From Octopus vulgaris (Eukaryota), in assembly GCA_951406725.2 (NCBI GenBank), contig OX597824.1:25420001-25484000 (forward strand): DNA of 64,000 nucleotides, given 5' to 3'. The stretch's first letter is position 1; every line of letters begins with the position of its first letter. This document shows positions 23,364 through 38,880 of the stretch, one piece after another. The position numbers and the translations under genes were made by a program. The notes under the pieces are model-generated. The model did no database searches. It saw only the letters and a list, made by a program, of their open reading frames with translations, and had not been told where the DNA came from.

Positions 23364-23401
<38 letters not shown>

Positions 23402-23859
23402 GTGGGTATAAACACATGAACAAAATAAGAATAAACAAAAACAAAAACAAATTACACGAACGTATATAAACAGGAGATACAAATATTACAGGCGTTTCCC
23501 CCCCCCCCATACACAAACACACACACACACACTAACTAAACATAGACGCACATAGAGATATACGCATGCGCAAATGAAGACATATACAATAGAAATACAA
23601 AATGGTTGACGGTTAGTAAGGAGAGACACACAAATAAGAAAGAAGAAAGCAAAGGACCACTGCTGCGGTCACAGGAGTGTGACGAAAGAACTCTGGCCGA
23701 AATAAGATTAAGATTAATGCAAAAAATAAATAACGATGAAGCAAAGTAAAACCAAATATATAGTGCGTGTGTTTTTATTAGCTAAACTAGCAAAATGACC
23801 ATTCCTAAATACAACAATATCTGTTTCAACACACGATTTCACATCAAAAATCTCGCAAA

Positions 23860-23944
<85 letters not shown>

Positions 23945-24194
23945 CATACATACACATACACATATGACTCAATGAGAGGTTATAATTTTTGAATGTAAGA
24001 AATACGCGTTAAAAATTAAAGAAATCGAAGACATTTATTTGGTAAACAAAGAATATTTCTTATAGAAAAGTAAAAAAAAAAGTTAAATTAGGAAAAAAAT
24101 TGTTGTTCGCATATTATTTTTAGTCTTTGAAGTTTGAAATAGTTTCAATATATTTAAAAAAATTTTAATTCTTACCAAATTTTAAGTAAAGAAT

Positions 24195-24538
24195 AAATGT
24201 TTCTCATATGTTTCGAACGTGACTCAATGGGAGGATTCAATTTAGAAGTAAGGAAATATATGTTTATTTTTTTTCAAAAATGTTGAGAGTTTCTTAAAAG
24301 TAAAAATTTCCCATCAAAAAGTTCTTTTAATTTAGATAGAGAATATTGTCCATTTAGTATCAATCTAAATGTTTCTCATATGTTTCGAACGTGACTCAAT
24401 GGGAGGATTCAATTTAGAAGTAAGGAAATATATGTTTATTTTTTTTCAAAAATGTTGAGAGTTTCTTAAAAGTAAATTTTTCCCATCAAAAAGTTCTTTT
24501 AATTTAGATAGAGAATATTGTCCATTTAGTATCAATCT
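24195..24538. repeat. 172-bp tandem duplication in the 3' flank of copy 2
   Basis: aaatgtttctcatatgtttcgaacgtgactc starts at 24195 and 24367; single copy in units 1, 4 and 5. Confidence 0.9.
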
Positions 24539-24639
24539 TTCAATAGTTTCAATGTATTTTTATAATATTAAAGTTTTATCAAGTTTCATTACTTATCTCA
24601 ATCTGCGTCCATGGTTTTGTTTTCTTTCATTGGTTATAA

Positions 24640-26371
24640 TCAATCTGATTTTTTGTTATTGATTTTTCTCTTGAATGTTGTCTTCGTTGTTTTTCTTTTG
24701 TTTTCCTTAATTATTTTGTTTATTTCAAAACAATGACTGGTTTTCATTTCAAATTTCTCTGGCAGAAAAAGCATATTTTCCAGTTCTTCATGGTTATCGT
24801 ACGTATATTTCCTTTCATTTCTTGTATAGAATGGTATGTTCAATAGTGGGTTATTTTCTTTAGCTCCATAGTCAAAATGGGCTGTGCAGATCACGTCTGT
24901 CGTCTTGACTATATCCGGGTCTGATCCTTGGTCTCTGCTGTTTATTATTGTTTGGATGGTACCCTTGATTGTGCCCTCGATATTGCTCTGCATTTTGCTC
25001 TCCGATGTGCCCAATATTTTACCATTGATTTTGCCCTCGATATTGCTCTGCATTTTGCTCTCCGGTGGGCTCAATATTTTACCATTGATTTTGCCCTCGA
25101 TCTTTTTTATTCCCGATGTCTCCGAGATTGTACCATTGATTCTGCCCTGGATATTGCCCTGCATTTCGCTCTCCGAGGTGTACAAGATTTTAGCATATAT
25201 CTCTGCATTTTGCTCTTCGGTGATATCTCTCTGCATTTTGCTCTCCGGTGTGTCCAAGGTTTTATCATTGATAGTGACCTTCATCTTTTTCAGGACTGCA
25301 ACGTCATCTCCTGTACCCTCAATTGGGTACAAGATATTTCCCTCCGTATCTCCGAGTTCGAATATGCCCGTTACTGTGCCCGTGAATGTGCCCTTGATTG
25401 TGTCTGTGACGGTCCCTTTGTATTTAAAAGACCGGTTGATTATAGCCTCCAGGGCGTCTTTGAGATGTTGATTGCCCTTATTCTTTAATATCTCCTCCAA
25501 AATACTATCTGTAAAATAAGTAAATTCCTCCATATCTTTGACCCTTTCGAAAATTTTCAGGTGTTCATCTGCGGATGTCAAAGCCTCGCCAAGTAGTTTA
25601 TTAAGCAGGAGAACAGTTTTGTGTTGGTAAGCCGTGTTATGTAGTCGATATCGTGAATAAAACATATCATAGAAATTTTTAAGCGTTTTGTCTCTGTAGC
25701 ATATTTCACCATCTATTACTTTGGACATTTTCATCATTCTTTCGTGATCAAAGGATGTTCCAATGCCAAGAAAATGGGAATCTCTGGCCAGGTAATCCCA
25801 TTTATCAACGTCGATGTTATAGTCTGCATTGTTGACGATTTGGTAAAGAAATTTTTTGTCTGTGAGATATTTCTGGTTTACCAGTAATGAGATCTTTTAT
25901 GAAATCAATTTCATTACGCTCAACTTTAATATCTTCGTTCTCTTTAAAAAGATGCTCCAACATTTCACATGATGCATCTTCATGTTTCCACTTTTTACCT
26001 CCAGCTTTCTTGGGATACTCGTTGATAATTTCTTGAAAGGCATGAGAAAAAGGCGCATGTCCTAAATCATGACACAAACCAGCGATTTCAACACACAGTA
26101 TATCTCGATCAGATATTTCCAGACGGGAATCTTGCTGCTTAAGATGGCGAATCATTTTCCCAGCTAGATGACATGTTCCCAGACAATGCTCAAATCTATT
26201 ATGTGAAGCTGATGGATAAACGTAATAACACAAACCTAGTTGTTTGATATTACGTAATCTCTGAAATTGTACTGTATTAATAATTTTAACACAGAGTGGT
26301 GAAAATTGCATGGATCCATGAATAGCGTCCTGAAAAACCTGATCCGGACGTGTATCGTTTGTGTTAGCCAT
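24640..26371 (-). pseudogene. SAMHD1: SAMHD1-like copy 2; one +1 frameshift in a T6 run (25852-25857); 576 aa if repaired
   Basis: ORFs 25817..26371 and 24640..25737 are colinear with copy 1. The segment is 1 nt longer than copy 3 at agaaattttttgtctg. It could be an intact gene with a homopolymer sequencing error. Confidence 0.85.
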
Positions 26372-26732
26372 TATAAAATTGTTAAGAATATATCTAACTT
26401 ACATTCACTTTGTCGTTTATGTTGCTGGTGGTCGTTTCGTTGCTGTTGTGTTTGTTAGTTTCGTAATGTGGAGTAGAAATATAAATTATCCAAATATGTC
26501 CAGTTGAATATTTCTAACATTTGATTTGAAATGATTTCAGTCGCATTGGCATGAAATATCTGGTGTTTCAAATAATATAAGCGATCAGTAAGTGTCTGCG
26601 TGGTTGGTAGAAAGAACACGAAATGAACTATGTTGTTTTATGAAAAATCAGCTGACGACTACACCCACTTCCTTATAACACAACTTTCACTTTACATCTT
26701 CAACATCACTAGCAATAACATTTAATAATATC

Positions 26733-26783
<51 letters not shown>

Positions 26784-26827
26784 CAGCAGCAGCAGTAGTA
26801 TTCGTCGTCGTCGTCGTCGTCGTCGTC

Positions 26828-26884
<57 letters not shown>

Positions 26885-28527
26885 TCACATTCGGATTTAA
26901 CTACTGCGCAGAAAAGTCCGTTGTTTTCACACATGTATACGCGTGTGCATGTGTATGTATATGTGTGTGTGTGTGTGCATGTGTATGTATGCGTGTGTGT
27001 GTGCGTGTGTGTGCGTGTGCGTGTGTGTGTGTGTGAATGAATAGATGTATGTAAATGTATGCGCGTAATGTTGGAACGAGGCAAATGTAGTGTCGTTAGC
27101 ATTTTCTCTAGAATACCAGCAATAACGCCACTCCCCTGAAAAATCAACAGTGGCAACAAGAACTACAACAACAAAAGTAAAAAAAAAATCTTACTTTCGT
27201 AGACATCAGTTAAGAAACTACGAAATTACAGTAGCAATACCTTTGGAAAAGGGAACGAATATTATTTTCTGGATTTTGATAAAAGAAATACATGTTCACA
27301 GATGACAATGGATTAACTTCCGTAAAATACAATCTTCAGTTACTTTCATTTTCTTAAAAGACCGCGTAAATATATAACATAAGTTATGGCTTAGACATGG
27401 TGTGCTTCATATGGAAGTATATTGAGAAGCCAAACGTCTTCAGAAATCTCTCTATATAAAAGTGAAGTTGTGTGAGTGTCTGTCTCCTACGATTTAGATT
27501 CCTAACTACTCCCACATTTTGCGGTGCAGTTTCATATCGAGCCTTTCTGGGTATTAGCGCGCGTCTACGATGAGTCTACGATTTTTAAAATAATTTAACA
27601 TCACTTTTTTTCCATTTTAACGCATATTTTTTAAATAAAGGGAAGTAACTCTCTAAAAATATCTAGGATGAGTCAACGATTTAAAAAAAAATTACCATAA
27701 TTTTTTTTCCATTTTTAATGCATTTTTTGCTATTTTTTGGCTATAACTCTCTAAAAATGATTTATAGTTATTTCCCTTACAAACCCGAGCAACGCCGGGC
27801 GATACTGCTAGTCTTGATATAAATCTTTTAGATCAGGTGAAATATATTTGGTACATATTTGACCTCTACAAACTGACCTATAAATACAAGTAATATAACG
27901 AGTTATCTCCTTCAATATAATTACAAGATTAAGGGAGACTATTCATTCTGAAGCTTCTCTACTCAAATGTTTTTCTTAGAGAAAATGTCAGCAATTTAAA
28001 GGAAAGGGTCAAGTCGCTTACATCAACATAATATGCTCAATTAATACTTATTTTATCGAACCTTAAAGGGATCTTTTCGGTTTGAACAGCAGTTTTTGCT
28101 AGCGGTGTCATATAAATTTGTCACCCATAACTCTAGTATATGACTCTAGTATCGATCTATTGTATTTCAATCTATTTTAGGGTTAGGCTTAGGGGTGGGG
28201 GGAAGGGTGTCTTTTTTTTTTCAGAAGTGTAAATAAACCCAATCTGTTTCTTAAACGAGGGACATATTCATACGGCACAGAATGTTTTCACCTCAATAGA
28301 CGTCACTGATTAGTTGAAATTGCAGAAATTGAAGGAAAAAACAACAAATATCTTACAAACTATAGAATTTTCTCAATAAAGCCAAGAGAAAAAGATGTTT
28401 TATAAACAGATATGTAAAGCGAAAGAAGTTAAATTAAACATCCATGTACGTGCGTGCGTGTGTGCGAGTGTGTGTGCGTGTGTGTGTGCGTGTGCGTGTG
28501 TGTGTGCGTGTGTGCGTGTGTGTATGT

Positions 28528-28559
<32 letters not shown>

Positions 28560-28773
28560 AACCCCTTTTTTTCATTTTTATAGTATTATCCTTTTGCTTT
28601 CCTATATTTTTTACTGGATATTTGATGAAGGAAACCCGTGTACGGCTGACATGGATTATCTTTGGTGAAATTAAATTTACAGCTACTTTCATTTTCTTAA
28701 AAAGAAGACGTAAATGCATAACAGAATGTATGGCTAGGGGATGGCGTGCTTCCTATAGGAGTATGCTGAAAAG

Positions 28774-28844
<71 letters not shown>

Positions 28845-29149
28845 GGTTTTGTTGTTGTTGTTTTTGTTGGTGGTGGTGGTTTTGTTGGTGGTTGTGGTTG
28901 TGGTGGTGGTGGTGGTTGCGGTGGTGGTTGTGGTGGTGGTGGTAGTAGTAGTAGTAGTGGTGGTGGTAGTGGTTGTGGTGGCGGTGGTAGTAGTAGTAGG
29001 AGTAGTAGTAGTGGTGGTGTTGGTAGTAGTAGTAGTAGGAGTAGTATTAGTGGTGGTGATGGTGGTAGTAGTAGTAGTAGTGGTGGTGGTGATGGTGGTG
29101 GTTTTGTTGTTATTGTTTTTTTTGGTGGTTGTGGTTGTGGTGGTGGTAT

Positions 29150-29183
<34 letters not shown>

Positions 29184-30821
29184 GGTAGTGGTGGTGGTGG
29201 CGGTGGTAGTAGTAGTAGGAGTTGTACTAGTGGTGGTGATGGTGGTAGTAGTAGTAGTGGTGGTGGTGGTGGTGGACGTGGTGGTGGTGGTCGTGGTGGT
29301 TGTAGTAGTAGTATTAGTAGCCCCAGGAGCAACAGATGCGTCACCGATATTAATTGTAGTTGTAGTTTATAGTAGCGTGCAATTTTCACTTTAACTACTG
29401 CGCAAAAAGTTCGTTGTTTTTACATGTGTATACGTGTGTACGTGTGTATGTGTGTGTGTGTGTGTGTGTGTGAATAAGTATGTGTGAGCATGTAAATGTA
29501 CGCGTGTAAAATGTGTGTGGTTATGTGCACCTGTGTGTCCGCGCACTTGCATGCGCGTGTCTATCGCAAACGATAGATTGTTGAAATATTAGACACTTTT
29601 TCTTGGAAGGAAGCAAATTTCGTTAGAATTTCCCGTAGGAATACCAACAGTAAAGTCACTTCTCCGAAATGGAAAAAAATGATGTTAAATTATTTTTAAA
29701 ATCGTAGACTCATCGTAGACATTTTTAGAGAGTAACTTCCCTTTAAAAAATATGCATTAAAATGGAATAAAATTATGGTAAATTATTTTTTAAATCGTAG
29801 ACTCATTGTAGACGCGCGCTAATACCCATAAGGGCTCGATATGAATCACGACTATAAGATACCCGGTTTTGGTTAAACTGCACCGCAAAATGTGGGAGTA
29901 GTTAGGAATCTAAATCGGAGTAGACAGACACACAACCTTACTTTTATATATAAAGATTGAAATGAGTGAGAATCAACGTTATCTTTATATATAAAACTAA
30001 AGTTGTGTGTGTGTGTCTGTAGTAATTAATTAATCTTGTAGTAATTAATTAATCTTGTTTAATGCTTCTTGTGACAATAACTACCTTTCGTAGTCATCAG
30101 TTAAGAAAATTCAAAATTAATTTATTAATATATTGGAAATGAGTGAGAACCAACGTTATTGTGTCGAAATTAATGAAGGAAAACCCCTGGATAGATGACG
30201 TGCATTTGTTTTGATAAAACGGAATTTTCAGTTACTTTTATGTTCTTAAAAGAACTCGTTACTATATAGCTTAAAGATGTTGACATTCTTATAGAAGTAT
30301 GGTGAGCAGCTAAACGTCTTCAGAAATCTCGATATAAATATTTTAGATCAGGTCAGTTATATATGGGACATATTTAACACCTAACAACTGATCTAAGTGT
30401 TTGTTTATTTTACAATAAATATTTTCTCTTTATTTTACCGTTGTTGTACCGTTGTTCCTTGCACTGGTGAAAAGGGAAAACAGTGAAGTTTGGTTGAAGA
30501 TTGCCCGCACATCTCTCTATGTGTTCGCTCAAATAGTATTTGTTCATATGTAGTGCAGTTCTCCATATAAGGCACACCCTTGTTTGTCCTATATAATTCT
30601 GCCCACATTCTCAAGAGTGAGAGAAAGTTGGGGCGAAAGACTACAACAGGGGTCGCCACCACCCCTTGCCGGAGCCTCGTGGAGCTTTAGGTGTTTTCAC
30701 TCAACAAACACACACAACGCCTGATGTGGGAATCGAACCCGCGATCCTCCGACCGTGAGTCCGCTGTCCTAACCACTGGCAATTGCGCCTCCACACACAC
30801 ACACATATATATACACACATG

Positions 30822-30888
<67 letters not shown>

Positions 30889-30992
30889 CTTTATTTAAAA
30901 GCAGCAGAAATTTAACAAATGCTGTTACTCGGAGTTAGTTTCACCTTCCCGCTCGTCGGTCAGTTTTGCTAAAACATTTATATGTTTACTCC

Positions 30993-31090
<98 letters not shown>

Positions 31091-31698
31091 CATACATACA
31101 CATGTATTTACTGGATTCCTCCCGTTTGTTTGATGAGCCATTTTTCTATCATTAATAAAACTTTGGTATGCTAGTATCTATATATTACAGTTGGTTGTTG
31201 AAATAAGGTATATTTTGCGTCTAAAAGGAAGAAGTGAAAGCAAATGAAGAGTATTAAAAATATCTCTATCTTTTCATCTCGTATTCAATTCTAGTTTCCG
31301 AATGTTATTGTCATTTTCAAAACTATTCAAATGCGGAAGAGCATGACTTTGTATCACATTTTTTAAACAAATGTTTTTTTTTCTCAGTAAGTGGTTCGCA
31401 GTAACATAATCACAAAGGATGGGACTCCGACATCGTAGGAAAGCTAAAGAGTCGCAATATGTTTTTCGAAACAGGCGGAAATCTCCAACTTATTTGTTTC
31501 ATTGCTTTCAAACTAGGATACACACACACACACACACACACACACATATGTACGTACGTACGTACGTATGTATGTATGTATGTATGTATGTATGTATGTA
31601 TGTATGTATGTATGTATGTATGTATGTATGTATGTATTTATGTATGCATACATGCGTATGTATATATGTATGTATACATACGTACGTAGACACACACA

Positions 31699-31744
<46 letters not shown>

Positions 31745-31754
31745 CCTATCTATC

Positions 31755-31848
<94 letters not shown>

Positions 31849-32472
31849 TTAATTTATCAACCCCGAAAGGATGAAAGGCAAAGTCGACCTCGGCGGAATT
31901 TGAACTCAGAACGTAGCGGCAGACGAAATACCGCTAATACAAGTGTTGGTAGAAAGAAAAGGATAAAAGAAGGAAAAGAAATAAAAGAAAAAGAAACAGC
32001 AAATAGATAGAGGTAAAGAGGGTGATGATTTAGAAGTTGGCATTTCTAAAAAGTATCCAACGAATGCTGGATACTTCGTTCAGCTTGCAAACGCACACAT
32101 AGAACGACATGCATATCTACATAAATACAAACATACGTACTAATACACACACATATTGACACGCATACAGATGCACAAATAAAGATATACGTAAATACAT
32201 ATAGATAGACATATCTTCACATCAAGATAAATATATACACCATAACGTATATAGGCATACAAACATATTATAAAAAAAAACTGTCTGGTATGTAAAATAT
32301 CAAAATAAGGATATTGTGCGATAAATTAATTTAGCATAATTAAATGTAATATAAAATATATATGGGCGCCTTTGGCGAGTGTCTTCTACTATAACCTCGG
32401 GCCGACCAAAGCCTTGTGAGTGGAATTGGTAGACGGAAACTGAAAGAAACGGAAAGAAGCCCCACGTATATA

Positions 32473-32514
<42 letters not shown>

Positions 32515-32673
32515 AATTAAGGACTGAACACGAAAAGGTGGACAGTCAACATGCTAGATATAGACGTCAAATCGCCATTCTCCACAAGGATTGTGTTCTC
32601 AAATAAAAATAAAATTCAGCACGACCTAAAGCAATGGATGAGACAAAAGAAATATACTAAATGGAATAATTAC

Positions 32674-32733
32674 CTACGTACTGCAGTTTCAGCTATTAAT
32701 ATCACAAGGATAGCTGTAGCTTCATCAGCGTAG
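32674..32733 (-). ncRNA. Minimal type I hammerhead ribozyme, second copy
   Basis: Same sequence as 14720-14779. Confidence 0.85.
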
Positions 32734-33800
32734 TTTGTTATGAGCATAATATGCTGTACATAATATGCTGTACATATATATATATATATATATATGTACG
32801 TGTGTGTATATGTTTGTGTGTCTGTCCCCGCAATGTCGCTTGACAACCGATGCTGGTGTGTTTACGTTCCCATAACATAGCGGTTCGCTAAAAGAGATCG
32901 ATAGAATAAGTACTAGGCTTCCAAAGAATAAATCCCGGGGTCGATTTGCTCGACTAAAAGGCGGTGCTCCAGCATGGCCGCAGTCAAATGACTGAAACAA
33001 GTAAAAGAGAAAGAGTAGAGAGTAAATAAATTTTAAAATATTAAATTTGAATATCCTCTTTTACTCTTTTACTTGTTTCAGTCATTTGACTGCGGCCTTG
33101 CTGGAGCACCGCCTTTAATCGAGCAAATCGACCCCAGGACTTATTCTTTGTAAGCCTAGTACTTATTCTATCGGTCTCTTTGCCGAACCGCTAAGTTACG
33201 GGGACGTAAACACACCAACATCGGTTGTCAAGCAATGCTAGGGGGACAAACACACAAACACACACACACACATATATACATATATATATATACATATATA
33301 CGACAGGCTTCTTTCAGTTTCCGTCTACCAAATCCACTCACAGGGCTTTGGTCGGCCCGGGGTTATAGCAGAAGACACTTACCCAAAGTGTCACGCAGTG
33401 GGAATGGACCCGGAACCATGTGGTTGGTTAGCAAGCTACTTACCACACAGCCACTCCAGTGTGCCTCTTCTTTCAGGTTTACGCTTTTTACAGACGAGAT
33501 GTGCATATATTAAGGCGGCGAGCTGGCAGAAACGTTAACACGCCGGGCGAAATGCTTCGCAGTATTTCGTCTGCCGCTACGTTCTGAGTTCAAATTCCGC
33601 CGAGGTTCACTTTGCCTTTCATCCTTTCGGGGTCGATTAAATAAGTACCAGTAACTCTCTGGGGTCGATATAATCGACTTAATCCGTTTGTCTGTCCTTG
33701 TTTGTCCTGTCTGTGTTTAGCCCCTTGTGGGTAGTAAAGAAATAGAAATAGATATGTGCATATATATGCACACACACACACACACATACACACACACACA

Positions 33801-33862
<62 letters not shown>

Positions 33863-34867
33863 TACATACGTATATAAATATATACGTATATAAATATTCA
33901 GTTGTAGTGGATAATATAAGAGGGAAAATCCACAGAATATATATATCTTTCATGAGATGAAATATTTACGTAGTCAACCAGTTTCGCAGGTTTCATAATT
34001 TCATGAGTTGTAAGAAAGTTACTTCGTAAATGGAAGGGAGGTAATAAGTGTTTGTTACTGTTATAGGCAGGGGAGGTAATAAGTGTTTGTTACTATAATA
34101 GGCAGGGGAGGTAATTAATTTTCGTGGTGGGGAAGTGAAATGATAGTATTTACTTTACGAAATAATAAAATTATGAATTAAAATATTTACAAAATTGATT
34201 ACATGCTCAATATATAATATATACATTTTATGGATCTTTTCGGTTTGAACGGCAGTTTTTAACATAATTTCTTGGTAACTAAGAAATTTTAAACTTCGTA
34301 TACTGGTTGGATGTGTTTATAAAACATCTTTTTCTCTTGGTTTTATTGAGAAAACTCTATTGTTTGTAAGATATTTGTTGTTGTTTTTTTTTTCAATTTC
34401 TGCAATTTCAACCAATCAATGAGCTCTATTGAGATGAAAACATTCTGTGCCGTATGAATATGTCCCTCGTTTAAGAAACAGATTGGGTTTATTTACATTT
34501 CTGACGAAAAAAACATACCCCTCCAACTAACCCTAACCCTAAAACAGATTGAAATGATACATCCTTAAGACATTTATTGGATGGCCGTTGACTCTCAAGA
34601 GTTCCTCCGCCCTTTGACAGGTTTTGTTTTTCATCCCGCAGGGTGTCCAATAAAAACCCTCCTCACCAAGCAAGCTTGGTGGGGTTTCCGGTTTAGTCGC
34701 CGACGACCCAACCATGCGACAGGTTGTACTCGGTTACATGTTACCAGTAGCACTCATATACATACATACAAACATACATACATACATACATACATACATA
34801 CATACATACATACATACATACATACATACATACATACATACATACATACATACATACATACAGCTGT

Positions 34868-36380
34868 CCTAAAATGTCGTCACGTTACTGCCTCCCTATG
34901 CGGCACGATGTTGTCACTAAAACAATTTATTTGTATCGGAGACCGAGAACACCGCTCTAAGAGACGGTGAGGCAGTGACAGGAGCAAAACTCAAATAAGA
35001 AAAGTCAATGGGTCTGCATCTAGACAGGTAGAAAGGCAGACTCATGCCATCCAACATCGTGAGGTGTTGGACAGACAGACCATTTAAATTGCGCGGAGTC
35101 TAGTTTCGCCCAGACTTCTTAGTAGAAAAGAACTACTACGATATAATGAGCAAGGTAACTGTCTCATACAAAAATGGGCCAAGAGGAAACTGTCGCCGAA
35201 GGGTCACACAGAGGTGGAGAACGCCATCATTATGGTTCTCTGTCGTTGTCATCTGACTGTCGTAACTTGCTCACTTTTGACGAGGCTGGAACATCAGTGA
35301 AAAAGACGCTTCACTGGTCTGCTGCCAACACTTGCTACGTAAAACTGAATATACCGTGACCTGTATAGTGCATACATTTGCTGAAATTACATAATCTCTA
35401 GCGAATTGTTGGTGGTGAAGAGATAAAGTTGCCGTTTGTCAGACACGACTTTTCTATGCTTATCTCTTTAACAGAGCTGTTGGGGAGCTTAGCCTCTTGA
35501 CTGTCGTCAGGCGCTCACGGCACGCTACCTGCCGGACAATGCGGTTGGCTGAAATTCTACATTGGCGTTCTAAAGAAGATTAGTGGCGGGTAGAAGAGAC
35601 GACGATTAGCAAAAATTTGGGCGTCACAGAAAACCAACTAAGTTTATCTTGAAGAATTCCCGTTCGAGATGCATGAAGAACGACGAAACGGTTCTACATG
35701 CACTTGCCCGAGCTATGTCAAACAGCACCTGCCACCTGTCGGTCGATTCCGGCCATCATCTCGCTACTGAGTCCTTTGTGAAAAGCTCATCACCACCTCC
35801 TTTAGCTGAGAAGAGTGGTGATGGCGAAAAGGATTGTGGGGAGAATATAATCGTAAGTGTTGAGGACAGGGAGTTTTCACCTTTAGCTAGATTCTTGTCA
35901 GTGAGGGCGCGTGGCTTAGTGGTTAGGGCATTCGGCTCATGATCGTAAGGTTGTGAGTTCGATTCCCGGCGACGCGTTGTGTCCTTGAGCAAGACACTTT
36001 ATTTCACGCTGCTCCAGTCCACTCAGCTGGCAAAAATGAGTTGTACTTGTATTTCAAAGGGTCAGCCTTGTCACTCTCTGTGTCACGCTGATTATCCCCG
36101 AGAACTACGTTAAGGGTACACGTGTCTGTGGAATGCTCAGCCATTTGCACGTTAATTTCACGAGCAAGCTGTTCCGTTGATTCGGATCAGCTGGGACCCT
36201 CGTCGTCGTAACCGGCGGAGTCTTTTTTTTTTAAGATTCTTGTCAACTTTTTCAAGTTTCACTTGTAAAGGTGTGAGGATGGAAATGGACGTACTGATTT
36301 CAAGTAAGTTCGTTCAAAAGTTGATGAGGATTGTGGGCATGGTCCGAGTAAACGGGCCTCTGCTAAGAATGTGCCATTAG
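34868..36380 (+). mobile_element. LINE ORF2 fragment A, unit 3 copy, with a SINE at 35901-36233
   Basis: Near-identical to 16845-18360. Confidence 0.75.
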
Positions 36381-36559
36381 AATCGAAGCTAAAAAGCTAG
36401 TTGGGGGCACTTGCCTTAGTGGGCAGGGTGACTGTTCTTTTGTGGGGTTTCCACGGATGGCACTTGCAAGTCTCCTCTCAACTAGGAAACTTTCATTGTT
36501 TAAAATGTTATTGTTGTTGCTTACTTTTTGTCTACATGTAGAATCCGACTTCTGTTTTT

Positions 36560-37900
36560 GTAAGGTTGTCCTGGAAACGTCCTCGTTGCTGTATGTTCCC
36601 TGGTGTACTGAATTTTGTACCACTACTGCAGATACAAGAGCTATTGGATGGAGATAACCCGCACGAATTGGGAGATAAAAGACTCGTGTCGGCGTACAGG
36701 GATGATGTCACATCCATAGGATCAGACACAAAGCACATCGAGCTGATTGTTACTGCTCTAAAGGACAACGAGACTGTGTAAAGAGCAAAATTTAACCATG
36801 AAAAGTCTTCGGGCCTACAACTCAACACTTGGTGGGACAGTACCAACGGCATTCGGGGCCACTGGACGCCCTGGTTAAATTGCTCGCAGCTTAGTCTGGT
36901 CCATATCTCCAGCTAGAGAAGAACTGGGACCAGGTGACGAGCAGGAGAGCCAATCTCACCCAGAAATGAACCGAGAAAAAGCTATTCCCGAAAGATCGAG
37001 CAAAGGCGGAAAACGTTTACATCTCATCCATAATATATTTCCGCTTGACTGTCGTTCCACACCAGCTGACAGATCACCGGACTGGCATAGCCACTCTTCC
37101 GCTTTCTGTGGAAGAGACGTGTCCCTAGTTAGCCACTGCACTTCATGTCAACATCTGTTGCATGTAGATGTGCGCATGCTGTGGATGGTGATACGCAGAC
37201 ATGCGCTGAGGTTATGATATACCCAACGTTTCCTTGGTGAGGAGCAGATGTGGTCGGCGTTTATGAAGTCCTGTTTTCAAACCACTTATCTTTCCGACTG
37301 AGCAGCAGTCCTAGATTAAGCATCGGTCAAGGTAGGATGCCTGAAACCTCAAGTGTTGTCAGGTACTGAAAACCCTCTGCTAGTCAGGCAATATTGTTGG
37401 TATAATTTCTACATTGGTGTTCGGTAGAGAGTTAATGGATAGCAAAGGTAATGACATTCTAGGGAAGATTTTGGGCATCGATGAAGATCAGTTGGTTAGC
37501 TCTTTCCAGAGGACTCGGAAATCTCTTGCCTGGTAAGACTACCAGTATTATCAGTTCGAGATAATCTCGCCTGACAGTCGGGTTTGGCTGAGAAGCGCGC
37601 CGAGTGATGAAACTGTTCTACATGCACTCGTCCAGGGTCTGAGCGTTTCTGATTTGTAGAATTATGTCAAACTTCCTGTCGTGTGTAGAATGTATCCATC
37701 TACGATCGGAGTCCATTCGTTTGGCTGCGGATGCTAGGCAGTGTTTATCTGTTTGATGGCCATTGCGAAAGAGGTTGTTTACTGGACCATTCTGAAACAG
37801 CTGAAGTTGCATACTTTCCTCAGTGTCTAGGCCTTCAAGAAAATCAACAGGAGATGCAAACTCTGCTCCGAGGAATCCCTGTTTATTTAAGGAGATCATT
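36560..37900 (+). mobile_element. LINE ORF2 fragment B, unit 3 copy
   Basis: Near-identical to 865-2200. Confidence 0.8.
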
Positions 37901-38524
37901 AATAGAATTTCTGAATGAATCTCAAGGTGCTTATATACTTATAAATGCACTTTCGAACAATGCAGAGGGAATGAATTTGAATAGCCGTTAACCACATTTA
38001 TGATCATAATTTATCTTAAGGTATGGATGAATTTAATCTAACTCTAGCCTACCCCATTCTTCCAAATAATAAGTTGCTATTCAATTCACTGTGTGGACGT
38101 TGTACACCAAACCACGTGTGTGCGTATGCTAATATATCTTCATAGATGTTTGTAAGAGCCATACAATCTAAGCGAGAACATTTTACATCCGTATCTATTA
38201 ACGGTTATGTTTAATACTTTTTTGCTGTATTGAGTATTCGTTACTTTTGGCATTTGTTATTTATTATCGATCTTATATAAAAATGAAGCTGTATCTTTTT
38301 AATTTGCTGCTTTTCTATACACAAGCCGAGAAGATATCTTGCCGAACAGTTATTATTTTAACGAGATGCATCTTGTAATCACCTGAAGAGAAGCATCTTG
38401 CACCGTCAGATAATTCAAAACCAGTGAAGTATCCAAATCCGTGTGGGAGCAAGGCTTGGTGGGTCGAAACAATGATAGTGACTGATAAACATTCTCATAT
38501 CTATCATCTTCCAATTCTCTCATT

Positions 38525-38616
<92 letters not shown>

Positions 38617-38672
38617 TACACATATATTCATACATAATTTACATACATATATATACATGTATACATATATAC

Positions 38673-38727
<55 letters not shown>

Positions 38728-38819
38728 CATATATATTTATAATGCATATATATATATATATATATATACATACATATATATATATACATATATATATAAA
38801 TATATACATATATGTAATG

Positions 38820-38880
<61 letters not shown>

